A DNA stretch of 40,000 nucleotides, taken from the NCBI GenBank assembly GCA_048264125.1, contig JBLXDM010000002.1, positions 318,005 through 358,004 on the forward strand, read 5' to 3'. Shown piece after piece: positions 1 to 8,488 of this stretch (its first letter is position 1; every line of letters begins with the position of its first letter). The DNA comes from Natronincolaceae bacterium (GTDB lineage Bacteria > Bacillota > Clostridia > Peptostreptococcales > Natronincolaceae). The position numbers and the translations under genes are program-made. The notes below the pieces were generated by a model. The model was not told the DNA's origin and ran no database searches. It was given only the letters and a program-made list of their open reading frames with translations.

Positions 1-1049
1 AGTTTTTCCTTTGCCTCCTCAGCTCTTCCGTCCTCTATCACGACTTCAGGATTCCACCAGGGCAGACCATCGCTTACGGTGTAGGCTGGAGTACCAAAGC
101 CCTCTAAAACACCAGCCACCAAGGCTTCTCTATCAACTGCGATGTTTATAGCCTTTCTTATGGCAGGGTCGGAGGTCACGTCATTACCAATCGCAGCACC
201 GGTTGAGGTTTTTTCTCCTGCAGGTACAAAGGGCATCATCATACCTCTATTATCAACGCTTTCAAAAGCCTCCAGCCGCATGCCCGCCACTGCTTGAGTT
301 CCGAAATTGTGAGGAATACTGGCAATGTCAACACTACCAGTCTTTGCAGCTGCAAAGGCTAAATCCTCACTCATAAATAAAAATGTGATTTTTTTAAAAA
401 AGGGCTTGTCTCCATAATATTCAGGATTTATCTCCACTATCAGCTGTTGTCCCTTGTCCCATTGCACAAACATAAAGGGTCCTGAGCCTATGGGCTTTTC
501 AGCATAATCCGAACCATGGGCATGCTTAGGTACAATACCTGTAGCCAATAAGATATTTATGAAGGTAGATTGCGGCTGCTTTAAAGCAAAGCTGACGGTA
601 TATTCATCCGTTGCCTCCACCCTATCTAGTACATTTAAATCGATTACAGAGCCGCTGGCAGCAGCTGTTTCATATGTATATACAACATCCTCAGCTGTTA
701 GGGCTTCACCATCAGAGAATTTTGCATCCTCCCTCAAGCTTACTGTCCATAACAGCCCATCCTCACTTACCACATAGCCTGTAGCAAGATCATTTATAAT
801 ATTTAATTCGCTATCTCTTTTAAATAAAGTACTTTGAAACAGCGGCGAACCATAACGGCCCCAGCCGGTTGTCGGATCAAAGCCATTTTCCGGCTCACTT
901 CCAATAGCTAAAATAAGCTCATCTCTGACTCCTACGACACCCGTCGCTTTACCTTTACCTTCATTAGTTTCCTTTGTACATCCTAACAGCAGCGTAGTAA
1001 ATAGAGCTAAAACCATCACCAAAGCCCCTAAACGCTTATACATTTTCAC
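1..1049 (-). CDS. ABC transporter substrate-binding lipoprotein, SBP family 5 (peptide/nickel type); C-terminal part lies beyond the window start
   Basis: The gene runs off the window, so it is absent from the ORF track. Reverse-strand translation from GTG 1049 (GGGAG 8 nt upstream; alternative ATG 1043) reads KMYKRLGALVMVLALFTTLLLGCTKE, a signal peptide plus L-L-G-C lipobox. It continues with LILAIGSEPENGFDPT, SLREDAKFSDGEALTAEDVVYTYE and KPIGSGPFMFVQWDKGQQLIVEINPEYYG, which is a typical family-5 solute-binding core. Confidence 0.8.
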   Translation of the reverse strand, partial: MKMYKRLGALVMVLALFTTLLLGCTKETNEGKGKATGVVGVRDELILAIGSEPENGFDPTTGWGRYGSPLFQSTLFKRDSELNIINDLATGYVVSEDGLLWTVSLREDAKFSDGEALTAEDVVYTYETAAASGSVIDLNVLDRVEATDEYTVSFALKQPQSTFINILLATGIVPKHAHGSDYAEKPIGSGPFMFVQWDKGQQLIVEINPEYYGDKPFFKKITFLFMSEDLAFAAAKTGSVDIASIPHNFGTQAVAGMRLEAFESVDNRGMMMPFVPAGEKTSTGAAIGNDVTSDPAIRKAINIAVDREALVAGVLEGFGTPAYTVSDGLPWWNPEVVIEDGRAEEAKEK

Positions 1050-1075
1050 AAAATCAGCTCCCTCTTATCCTTTGC

Positions 1076-1132
1076 ATAAAAAAGCCACGCTAAATTAAAC
1101 TGTCCCTTCTCGAAACAATTTAACCTTCGTGG
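1076..1132 (-). promoter_or_regulatory. Terminator-like hairpin plus U-run inside the 5' leader of the SBP gene (candidate attenuator or riboswitch expression platform)
   Basis: The minus strand reads CCACGAAGGTTAAATTGTTTCGAGAAGGGACAGTTTAATTTAGCGTGG followed by CTTTTTTAT. The outer stem is CCACG/CGTGG and the inner stem is TTAAATTGT/ACAGTTTAA. It lies about 30 nt upstream of the start codon and downstream of the predicted promoter. No converging gene needs a terminator here. Confidence 0.5.
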
Positions 1133-1206
1133 TTGTATTCGCCATATGTGTTTTTTGAGTATATTTCACAAGATTTCGATAACTTCATGCTATCAATTAT
1201 TTCAGT

Positions 1207-1235
1207 ATTATAACACAGTTTGTTTGTTTCTTCAA
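1207..1235 (-). promoter_or_regulatory. Sigma-A type promoter for the SBP gene
   Basis: On the minus strand there is a -35 TTGAAG (1235..1230), a 17-nt spacer ending in TGT (extended -10 TG) and a -10 TATAAT (1212..1207). Confidence 0.5.
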
Positions 1236-1385
1236 TAAGGAAGATAGACAGGGAGTGACTTATCTTTCCCTTACATTATTAAACATTAATTATGCCTGTT
1301 AACTTTGACAACTGCATAAATTCCACCCTTTAAGAATATAAATTCTCATAATACACTTTTTAAATAAATATAAGGATGTGAATTA

Positions 1386-2627
1386 ATGAGGAGAAATAAG
1401 AAAAGAGCTGCTTTATACACACTAGCTATATCCATAGCACTGGCTTTTAGCTTTAGCCTTAAAGCACTAGCCTTCAATGGAAACTTTCCTCCGCTATCCT
1501 TTTTGACGGAGGAGCTGAGGGATATATATTATCCCTATAAGGTTCAAGACTATACCTTGATTGATGAGCCATTAGCTTCAAGGGGATGGGTAGGTGTATT
1601 TCAGGGAGATAATGGAGATTCTGCCCAGCAGTCAAGTATTAATGGAAGCTTCGTAAGCATGTATAGAAATTATCAATCATCTCTACACCTAAAAAACAAT
1701 ATCTATCTCCAGCTGGAGATTTCAGCTCCGACGGATATAGCCTGGCTGAGCTTCTATCTCTCCCCCACCGAAGGCTTTGAGGATTATTTTTATGTTGATT
1801 TGACTCCTAGACTTAAGCCCGGCATAAACAGCATAGTACTAAACAGAAGTGACTTCTCATTAGGACATGGGGCTCCTAGCTGGGAGGATATCAGTGTTAT
1901 CCAGCTTGCCTTTGAATCCAAAGAAGCATCTACGGCATCAGTAAAAATAAGCACAATTGCAACCCATTCCTCAAAACCAATGCTTACGCTATGGTTCGAT
2001 GATGGCTGGGAAAGCACCTACTCAGAAGCCTTACCCAGAATGAGGGAAAAAAATATCGAGGGAGTAGTATCTGTTATAGGCTCTCTAGTTGATGATTACG
2101 GCTATTGCAGCCTAAAGCAGCTAAAATCTTTGGAAAATAGCGGCTGGGAGCTGGTAAATCATACGTATCGCCATCCAGACCTTGTGGAGCTCAGCCTTGA
2201 GGTGGCTGAGACCGAAATTTCTATGGGGCAGGAATATTTGCTAAGGAACGGCTTTATCAGCGGCTCCCATTACTTTGTCCCACCTTATACCAGTGTAAAT
2301 AGTGAAATAAACGACATTATAAGTAAGTATTCGATATTGAATAGAAAACGACCAAGCGCCTACAATGCCATACCCGTACTGGATCTGTCAGATATTGCCT
2401 TCAGAGAGGTAACAAATGTTACAGATGTTGAGACGGTAAAGGCATGGATTGACGAAGCCATAGCAATGGAGCTTTGGTTAGTCCTTTTATTCCACAGACT
2501 AGAGGATACCACAGAATGGACGACTCAGTACACCCCAGAAGACTTTCAGCAAATTTTAAACTATATAGCCGAGAAAGGAGATTTAATAGAGCCGGTAACT
2601 ATAACTGAAGCAATATCCATGATGTGA
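1386..2627 (+). CDS. Secreted or anchored polysaccharide deacetylase (NodB/CE4 domain) with an unknown beta-rich N-terminal domain
   Basis: 413-aa ORF. The N-terminal hydrophobic signal is AALYTLAISIALAFSFSLKALA. NodB motifs LTLWFDDGWES (Asp pair) and NHTYRHPDL (H-x4-H) are present. Its stop overlaps the next ORF. Confidence 0.8.
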   Translation: MRRNKKRAALYTLAISIALAFSFSLKALAFNGNFPPLSFLTEELRDIYYPYKVQDYTLIDEPLASRGWVGVFQGDNGDSAQQSSINGSFVSMYRNYQSSLHLKNNIYLQLEISAPTDIAWLSFYLSPTEGFEDYFYVDLTPRLKPGINSIVLNRSDFSLGHGAPSWEDISVIQLAFESKEASTASVKISTIATHSSKPMLTLWFDDGWESTYSEALPRMREKNIEGVVSVIGSLVDDYGYCSLKQLKSLENSGWELVNHTYRHPDLVELSLEVAETEISMGQEYLLRNGFISGSHYFVPPYTSVNSEINDIISKYSILNRKRPSAYNAIPVLDLSDIAFREVTNVTDVETVKAWIDEAIAMELWLVLLFHRLEDTTEWTTQYTPEDFQQILNYIAEKGDLIEPVTITEAISMM

Positions 2628-2683
2628 CAAGGCGGATATTAAATTACGCTTTTAGACCAATATATAGGAGGAACGGAGCCGAT

Positions 2684-3523
2684 ATGAAGCCATTAAAGCT
2701 TGTATTACTATTGACCTCCATTAGCCTTATAGGATTTATCCTTTACACCCTTACTGCTGTTCTTTTTCAGGAGGAGGAAATAGAAAAAACGTATATCTAT
2801 CAGCATCGTCCCTTTAGATCCTATTATGTTAAGCTTCTAGAGGCAAAGGAATGGCAGCTGATATGGAATGATGAATTTAATGGAAGGGCTATAAGCTCTA
2901 GGAATTGGAATACTGTTGATTGGATAGCTAACAAGAATAATGAGCTCCAATACTATAGCCCTCAAAACGTCTATCAGGAAAATGGACTTTTGAGGATATA
3001 TACAGAAGAAAAAAACACCTCAGGCAAGCCCTATACCTCCGGCGCAGTGGATACCCTTAATAAACTAGAGCTCCTTTATGGCAGGATAGAAATAAAGGCT
3101 AAGCTCCCTAAGGGACAGGGAATGTTTCCCGCCTTTTGGCTCCTTCCTGCCAATGGCGATGCACTTCCCGAAATAGATATCGTAGAGCTCTTAGGTCATG
3201 AGCCCAATAAAATTTGGATGGTCTATCATTGGTTTAACAATGCGGGAGTTCATGAGAGTGCCTACAGCTACTACGAGGGCCCCGACTTTTCAGAGGAGTT
3301 TAACCTATTTGCCCTTGAATGGTTTCCCGATAAAATCGTTTGGTATATCAACAACATAGAGGTATTTTATTATGATCTCCATAGCCCCAGCACCCCCCTC
3401 TACCTTAATATAAATACTGCCGCGGGAGGTAATTGGCCAGGAGCACCGGATAAAACCACCAGCTTTCCTCAATATTTAGACATCGACTACGTTCGTATCT
3501 ATAAGCATAATAACTCCAGATAA
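2684..3523 (+). CDS. Membrane-anchored glycoside hydrolase family 16 (beta-glucanase/laminarinase-like)
   Basis: The track ORF is 2624..3523. The better start is ATG 2684 with GGAG 5 nt upstream, giving the anchor MKPLKLVLLLTSISLIGFILYTL. The GH16 catalytic signature E-I-D-I-V-E (LPEIDIVELLG) is present, together with FPAFWLLP and GRIEIKAKLP. Confidence 0.85.
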   Translation: MKPLKLVLLLTSISLIGFILYTLTAVLFQEEEIEKTYIYQHRPFRSYYVKLLEAKEWQLIWNDEFNGRAISSRNWNTVDWIANKNNELQYYSPQNVYQENGLLRIYTEEKNTSGKPYTSGAVDTLNKLELLYGRIEIKAKLPKGQGMFPAFWLLPANGDALPEIDIVELLGHEPNKIWMVYHWFNNAGVHESAYSYYEGPDFSEEFNLFALEWFPDKIVWYINNIEVFYYDLHSPSTPLYLNINTAAGGNWPGAPDKTTSFPQYLDIDYVRIYKHNNSR

Positions 3524-3568
3524 AGAAACTAATTTTTTATTATTACATATCCAAATGGAGGTATTTAA

Positions 3569-4945
3569 ATGCTAATGCTTGGCCTGGTTTTATTCAGTAT
3601 TTATGTTGTTTTTCAGCTAATCTATATTCTCGTACCAATAATTAGGGGTACGTCAAACAGCAGCTACGATATCACTGTACCTCAGAAGGGCTTCACAATC
3701 CTAATCCCTGCCTATAATGAGGAGCAGGTTATAGCGGGCTGTATCTATAGCTTGAAAAATACCTGCTATCAAGATTTCGAAGCAATAATAATTAATGATG
3801 GCTCAACCGACTGTACCTTTGACACTCTATGCTACCATTTAGAGCTAATGCCTTTAGAGGCTGCTTCCTTAAGTCAATTAAGCTATAAAACCATAAAGGG
3901 CATCTATCAATCCGCCCTATACCCTTATGTATATGTAATAGACAAGGAAAATGGCGGAAAGGCCGACGCCCTTAACGCAGGAATTGAATATAGCTCAAAG
4001 GAAATCATCATAACCCTCGATGCAGATTGTGTCCTGAAGCCCAATGCCCTTCAGGCGATGAGCAATACCTTTCAGGATTCAAGGGTTGTAGCAGCAGGGG
4101 GCATGGTGCATATTGTTCAGGGCTTAAACCAAAAGAAAAATCAGTCCCTACTGTCCTTTAGGGCCCCTAACCTAATAAAATATCAAATCATTCAATATCT
4201 AACCGCCTTCTATCTTCATAAAAGAACGCAGGCAGCCCTCAACTCTATTACTGTTATAGCAGGAGCCTTTGGCGCCTTCCGAAGGGAACTACTCTTGGAG
4301 GTCAAGGGCTACAGGAATTCGATAGGAGAGGATATGGAAATAACCCTGAGAATTCAGCAGCTAATATACAAGCAAGCGCAGGGGAAAAAAATAACCTTCG
4401 TCCCTGATGCCGTTTGCTATACAGAATGTCCTGAAGGCTTGAAGAACCTATTTAAGCAAAGACTTAGATGGCAGAAGGCTTTTCTAGATTGTATTCGACT
4501 ATATGCTCGGCATCTATTTAGAGATTTTAACAAAAGCATGTCCTTATACTTACTTTTTGACTCATTTCTGTTTGGTACCGTCATCGCCTTTCCCACCCTC
4601 GCTGTTCCTTTTTTTCTTCTAATATACCAATCAAGCCTTCAGCTATTTTTTATCCTCTTATCAATAGCTCTAGCTTTAGGCATCCTACAAAGCTGCGTTG
4701 CACTTGTTATAAGCAGAAGCTTCGGTTACAGCTATGGTCTTGCAGATAGCATCAGATTGCTTTTTTTCATACCCATAGAGGTCATAAGTTATCGGCTTTT
4801 AGGCCTATTATTTGTTACTATAGGAACCTTTAAATATTTTAAAAAGGAAAAAAGCTGGGATAAAATTGACAGAGCTGGCAGGGCCTATGAGCTTATTTAC
4901 CAAAGTGACATAGCTGCAGCTAAGGAGCTTCAGGGCAAGGCTTAG
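3569..4945 (+). CDS. Processive family-2 glycosyltransferase (PgaC/IcaA/cellulose-synthase-like polysaccharide synthase)
   Basis: 458 aa with GGAGG upstream. It has an N-terminal TM, then ILIPAYNEE, INDGSTD, ITLDADC and the processive Q-R-L-R-W motif (KQRLRWQKA). Four or more C-terminal TM helices follow. Confidence 0.85.
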   Translation: MLMLGLVLFSIYVVFQLIYILVPIIRGTSNSSYDITVPQKGFTILIPAYNEEQVIAGCIYSLKNTCYQDFEAIIINDGSTDCTFDTLCYHLELMPLEAASLSQLSYKTIKGIYQSALYPYVYVIDKENGGKADALNAGIEYSSKEIIITLDADCVLKPNALQAMSNTFQDSRVVAAGGMVHIVQGLNQKKNQSLLSFRAPNLIKYQIIQYLTAFYLHKRTQAALNSITVIAGAFGAFRRELLLEVKGYRNSIGEDMEITLRIQQLIYKQAQGKKITFVPDAVCYTECPEGLKNLFKQRLRWQKAFLDCIRLYARHLFRDFNKSMSLYLLFDSFLFGTVIAFPTLAVPFFLLIYQSSLQLFFILLSIALALGILQSCVALVISRSFGYSYGLADSIRLLFFIPIEVISYRLLGLLFVTIGTFKYFKKEKSWDKIDRAGRAYELIYQSDIAAAKELQGKA

Positions 4946-5000
4946 TTTGGAAGGTAGATGTGCCATTATTACTTACCAATAGCCTTGTTTATTTGAAGCG

Positions 5001-5621
5001 CTATCTTTCCCTACCCTTCAGCTCTTTTATAATACGTTCTAAAGGAATATTCTTCTCATTCAGCAGTACCAGCAAATGATAAACTAAATCGGAGGCTTCA
5101 TAAATTAGCTCCTCTTCATCTATATTCTTAGCCGCTATTATGGTTTCTGCAGCCTCCTCCCCAAGCTTTTTCAGGATTTTATCAATCCCCTTATCGAAAA
5201 GGTAATTGGTGTAGGAGCCCTCCTTAGGGTTTTCCTTACGATCCTTTATTACCTCATATAGCTTAAAAAGAAAATTTCCACCTGCTTTCTCCTCACCATT
5301 ATTATACACCTCATTAAAAAAGCAGCTTCTTTCCCCGGTATGGCAGGCGTTACCCATTTGGTTTACCTTAATCAACAAGCTATCTCCATCACAATCATAG
5401 GAAAGCCTCTTTACCCTTTGGGTATTTCCTGAAGTGGCCCCCTTATTCCATAGCTCACCTCTGCTTCTGCTCCAAAACCAGGTTTCCTTAGTCTCTAGGG
5501 TCTTGTTCACGGATTCTTTATTCATGTAGGCCAGCATTAAAACCTCTCCTGTTTCAAAATCCTGTACAATAGCAGGCACCAGCCCCGAAGCATCAAATTT
5601 TATATTAGTAAATTCCTCCAT
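5001..5621 (-). CDS. hisIE: Bifunctional phosphoribosyl-AMP cyclohydrolase / phosphoribosyl-ATP pyrophosphatase
   Basis: The ORF is 5001..5651. The likely start is ATG 5621 behind GGAGGTG. Motifs [19 protein letters not shown] and DCDGD mark the HisI half, and a C-terminal HisE-like helical half follows. Confidence 0.93.
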   Translation of the reverse strand: MEEFTNIKFDASGLVPAIVQDFETGEVLMLAYMNKESVNKTLETKETWFWSRSRGELWNKGATSGNTQRVKRLSYDCDGDSLLIKVNQMGNACHTGERSCFFNEVYNNGEEKAGGNFLFKLYEVIKDRKENPKEGSYTNYLFDKGIDKILKKLGEEAAETIIAAKNIDEEELIYEASDLVYHLLVLLNEKNIPLERIIKELKGRER

Positions 5622-5643
5622 TATGCCACCTCCTGATATTTTT

Positions 5644-5672
5644 GGTGACAAGGGGACGGTTCTCTTGTCACC
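5644..5672. repeat. GC-rich palindromic intercistronic element (hisF-hisIE spacer)
   Basis: The stem is GGTGACAAG (5644-5652) paired with CTTGTCACC (5664-5672), around GGGACGGTTCT. It contains the 12-mer GGGGACGGTTCT (5652-5663), which is also found in the hisA-hisF palindrome. A partial extra arm TACTTGTCACC follows. Confidence 0.6.
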
Positions 5673-5682
5673 TACTTGTCAC

Positions 5683-6441
5683 CTACCGCCTAACTGCTAT
5701 TCCTTTATTTGAAAGATATCCCTTTAGCTCTGCGATCTCTATTTCCTTAAAGTGAAATAAAGAGGCCGCTAGGGCTGCATCTGCCTTGCCTTCTGTAAAA
5801 ACCTCATAAAAATCCTCCAGCCCTCCGGCTCCACCAGAGGCGATAACCGGGATATTCACTGCCTCGCTAATCTGACGGGTAATATCTATAGCATAGCCCT
5901 TCTTAGTGCCATCACAATCCATGCTGGTGAGAAGAATTTCCCCAGCCCCTAAGGCCTCAACCTCCTTGGCCCATTTTACTGCATCCAGTCCAGTGTCCAC
6001 CCTTCCACCCTTTACAAAAACATTGTAGCCTCCTGAGGCGACTGACTTAACATCTATTGCCACCACCACAGCTTGGCTTCCGAATTTTGTGGCGCATTCG
6101 GTTATAAGCCTTGGGTTTTCTACAGCAGCAGAATTTATCGAGGCCTTATCTGCCCCATATTTTATTACCTCTCTAAAATCCGCTAGGGTCCTAATGCCTC
6201 CCCCTACAGTTAAGGGAATGAATACCTCCTCAGCGGTTCTTCTAACGATATCCAATAATATATCCCTTTCCTCATTGGAGGCGGTTATATCTAAAAACAC
6301 CAGCTCATCAGCGCCACAGCGGTTGTATTCTCTAGCTACAGCCACAGGGTCGCCGGCATCAATGAGATTCACGAAATTAACTCCCTTCACCACCCGACCC
6401 CTATTAACATCCAAGCAGGGAATTATTCTTTTAGCCAGCAT
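5683..6441 (-). CDS. hisF: Imidazole glycerol phosphate synthase cyclase subunit
   Basis: 252 aa. Motifs are [14 protein letters not shown] and the ASGGAG phosphate-binding motif. It sits in its operon position. Confidence 0.95.
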   Translation of the reverse strand: MLAKRIIPCLDVNRGRVVKGVNFVNLIDAGDPVAVAREYNRCGADELVFLDITASNEERDILLDIVRRTAEEVFIPLTVGGGIRTLADFREVIKYGADKASINSAAVENPRLITECATKFGSQAVVVAIDVKSVASGGYNVFVKGGRVDTGLDAVKWAKEVEALGAGEILLTSMDCDGTKKGYAIDITRQISEAVNIPVIASGGAGGLEDFYEVFTEGKADAALAASLFHFKEIEIAELKGYLSNKGIAVRR

Positions 6442-6469
6442 ACTATTCCTCCTTCATTGAAAGAACAAA

Positions 6470-6531
6470 CAACACAGGGGGACGGTTCTTGTGTGTCCTT
6501 AACAACACACAAGAACCGTCCCCCTGTGTTG
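6470..6531. repeat. Perfect 27-bp inverted repeat (REP-like element) in the hisA-hisF spacer
   Basis: CAACACAGGGGGACGGTTCTTGTGTGT (6470-6496) pairs with ACACACAAGAACCGTCCCCCTGTGTTG (6505-6531), with an 8-nt loop CCTTAACA. A degenerate third arm (GTGTTCCTCGTCCCC) lies at 6536-6550. Confidence 0.8.
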
Positions 6532-6553
6532 CTTGTGTTCCTCGTCCCCTTAC

Positions 6554-7258
6554 TTATTGGCCTACCTCAGTTAGGTTAAACTTGCCTTCGTATAGGGCCT
6601 TGCCTACTATGGCACCCTCAACGCTTATTTCCTTAAGCTTGACTAGGTCCTCCTTGCTGGATATTCCCCCAGAGGCTATTACCTTGATGATGGCTGCCTG
6701 CTTTATTGCCAGCAGTCCCTCTATATCCGGGCCCATCAGCATACCGTCTCTGCTGATATCGGTATAGACAATGGTATCCACCCCTATGGCCTCCAGCTCC
6801 TTAACAAAATCCAGAACCGCTAGCTCACTGGTCTTTACCCAGCCTTCGGTGGCAACATAGCCCTTTTTAGCATCTATAGATACAACAATTCTGTCTCCGT
6901 AACGTCTAACGGCCTCCTTCAGCATTTCCTTGTCCTCTAGGGCCTTAGTACCTAATATGGCCTTCGCTGCTCCAGCCTCCAGCAGTGCTTCGATTGCTTC
7001 TAGGCTTCGGATACCTCCACCAACCTGCACCGGAATATCTACCTCAGCAATTATACGCCTTATCACTGAAAGGTTTTTAGGGCTGCCCTCAAAGGCTCCA
7101 TCCAAATCCACCACATGCAACGCCTTTGCCCCTTGGCTTTTCCATAGCCTTGCTGCCTCCAGTGGGTCATCAAAGTATTTCTTTTCCTCATTTATTAATC
7201 CCTGTGTTAGTCTCACACATCTTCCGTTTTTTATATCAATTGCTGGATATATCAGCAT
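6554..7258 (-). CDS. hisA: 1-(5-phosphoribosyl)-5-[(5-phosphoribosylamino)methylideneamino]imidazole-4-carboxamide isomerase
   Basis: 234 aa. Motifs are IYPAIDIKNGRCVRL, VGGGIRS and ASGGIS. Confidence 0.95.
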   Translation of the reverse strand: MLIYPAIDIKNGRCVRLTQGLINEEKKYFDDPLEAARLWKSQGAKALHVVDLDGAFEGSPKNLSVIRRIIAEVDIPVQVGGGIRSLEAIEALLEAGAAKAILGTKALEDKEMLKEAVRRYGDRIVVSIDAKKGYVATEGWVKTSELAVLDFVKELEAIGVDTIVYTDISRDGMLMGPDIEGLLAIKQAAIIKVIASGGISSKEDLVKLKEISVEGAIVGKALYEGKFNLTEVGQ

Positions 7259-7860
7259 TAGATCACCCGCCTAAAGTTTTCTAGTATTTTTAAACCCACA
7301 TCACTGCTTTTTTCCGGATGAAATTGCAGCCCAAATATATTATCCCGTTCTACAATAGCAGGCATTTCTATGCCATAGTCGGTTGTTGCCTTTACGTCAG
7401 AGGAATTAGCTGCATTGGCATAATAGGAATGAACAAAGTACACATAGGAAGCTTCATCAATACCCTTCATCAGTATACCCTCACCCTGAGGCTTTAGCTG
7501 ATTCCAGCCCATATGGGGTATTTTTACCTCAGCAGGAATCCTGAGTATATCTCCCTTTAATAAAGCCAGACCTTCACATTCCCGAACCTCAAAGCCCCTC
7601 TCAAAAAGCAGCTGCATGCCTAAGCAGATTCCAATAACCGGCTTACCCTTTTTTACTTCTCCAACAATGATTTTATCCAATCCTTTGCTTCTGATATTCT
7701 CCATGGCATCGTAAAAGGCTCCTACTCCCGGGACAACTATTGCCTTAGCATCCAACAGCTTGCTTTTATCATCTGTAATTATCGCCTCCAGGCCCACATA
7801 TTCAAAGGCCTTTTGAGCACTTCTAAGGTTCCCCATACCATAGTCTACAATTGCAATCAT
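7258..7860 (-). CDS. hisH: Imidazole glycerol phosphate synthase glutamine amidotransferase subunit
   Basis: The ORF is 7258..7899. The likely start is ATG 7860 behind AGGAGGG, which avoids overlap with hisB. Motifs are IAIVDYGMGN, VPGVGAF, the nucleophile in ICLGMQLL, and FHPEKS. Confidence 0.95.
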   Translation of the reverse strand: MIAIVDYGMGNLRSAQKAFEYVGLEAIITDDKSKLLDAKAIVVPGVGAFYDAMENIRSKGLDKIIVGEVKKGKPVIGICLGMQLLFERGFEVRECEGLALLKGDILRIPAEVKIPHMGWNQLKPQGEGILMKGIDEASYVYFVHSYYANAANSSDVKATTDYGIEMPAIVERDNIFGLQFHPEKSSDVGLKILENFRRVI

Positions 7861-7870
7861 AACAACCCTC

Positions 7871-8458
7871 CTATAATGCTCCCTTTGTTGATAAAACACC
7901 CTTTACCCTTGGGTCTAGGGCTGTGGCCTCATCTAGGGCTCTGCCGAAGCTTTTAAATATACTCTCGATAATATGGTGATTATTTTTCCCATATAGACTT
8001 CTAATATGGAGGGTAATGCCACTATTAAAGGCCACTGCCCTAAAAAACTCCTCCACCAGCTGCACCTCAAAGCTGCCTACTCTCTCCCCAGTGAAGCTGA
8101 CCTCGAAGTGCAAAAAGGGTCTTCCGCTGATATCCATCGACACCATCGACAGGGCCTCATCCATCGGGGTAAATTGAGTAGCGTAACGCTTTATCCCAGC
8201 CTTATCCCCCAAGGCCTCTTTAATAGCTAGTCCCAGAACAATCCCGACATCCTCCACAGTATGATGATCGTCCACCTGTAGGTCCCCAGTGGCTTTTAGC
8301 TTCATATCCATAAAGCCATGCTTGGCTACCTGCTCCAGCATATGGTCAAAAAAGCCCACCCCTGTCGATATATCGTAGCTACCTGTGCCATCTAGCCCTA
8401 GCTCTATGTTTATCTCGGTTTCCTTTGTTTTTCTCTCACCTTGAAATTGTCTCTCCAT
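7871..8458 (-). CDS. hisB: Imidazoleglycerol-phosphate dehydratase
   Basis: 195 aa. Motifs are RKTKETEI, DHHTVEDVGIVLG and NHHIIES. Confidence 0.95.
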   Translation of the reverse strand: MERQFQGERKTKETEINIELGLDGTGSYDISTGVGFFDHMLEQVAKHGFMDMKLKATGDLQVDDHHTVEDVGIVLGLAIKEALGDKAGIKRYATQFTPMDEALSMVSMDISGRPFLHFEVSFTGERVGSFEVQLVEEFFRAVAFNSGITLHIRSLYGKNNHHIIESIFKSFGRALDEATALDPRVKGVLSTKGAL

Positions 8459-8488
8459 ATTGACCTACTCCTTTACCTAGCCCTTGCT

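Noticed and set aside
559-777. A 72-aa plus-strand ORF.
   Set aside because: It lies antisense inside the well-supported SBP gene. It has a low-complexity Ser/Thr/Ala composition and no RBS, so it is a shadow ORF.
1305-1342. A plus-strand promoter for the polysaccharide operon starting from TTGACA at 1305-1310.
   Set aside because: No acceptable -10 hexamer lies at 16-19 nt spacing, and the nearest TATAAA is 26 nt away. It is not reported as a feature.
6470-6531. The 27-bp palindrome read as an internal rho-independent terminator splitting the his operon.
   Set aside because: No U-tract follows it on the transcribed minus strand, and hisF and hisIE downstream have no promoter of their own that I can see. 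It is kept as a repeat or structural element instead.
6089-7274. Plus-strand ORFs 6089..6460, 6489..6767 and 6930..7274. The same applies to 8006..8230, 10321..10587, 10904..11272 and others opposite the his genes.
   Set aside because: All are antisense or alternate-frame shadows of strongly supported his genes. ORF 6489..6767 merely reads through the palindromic repeat.
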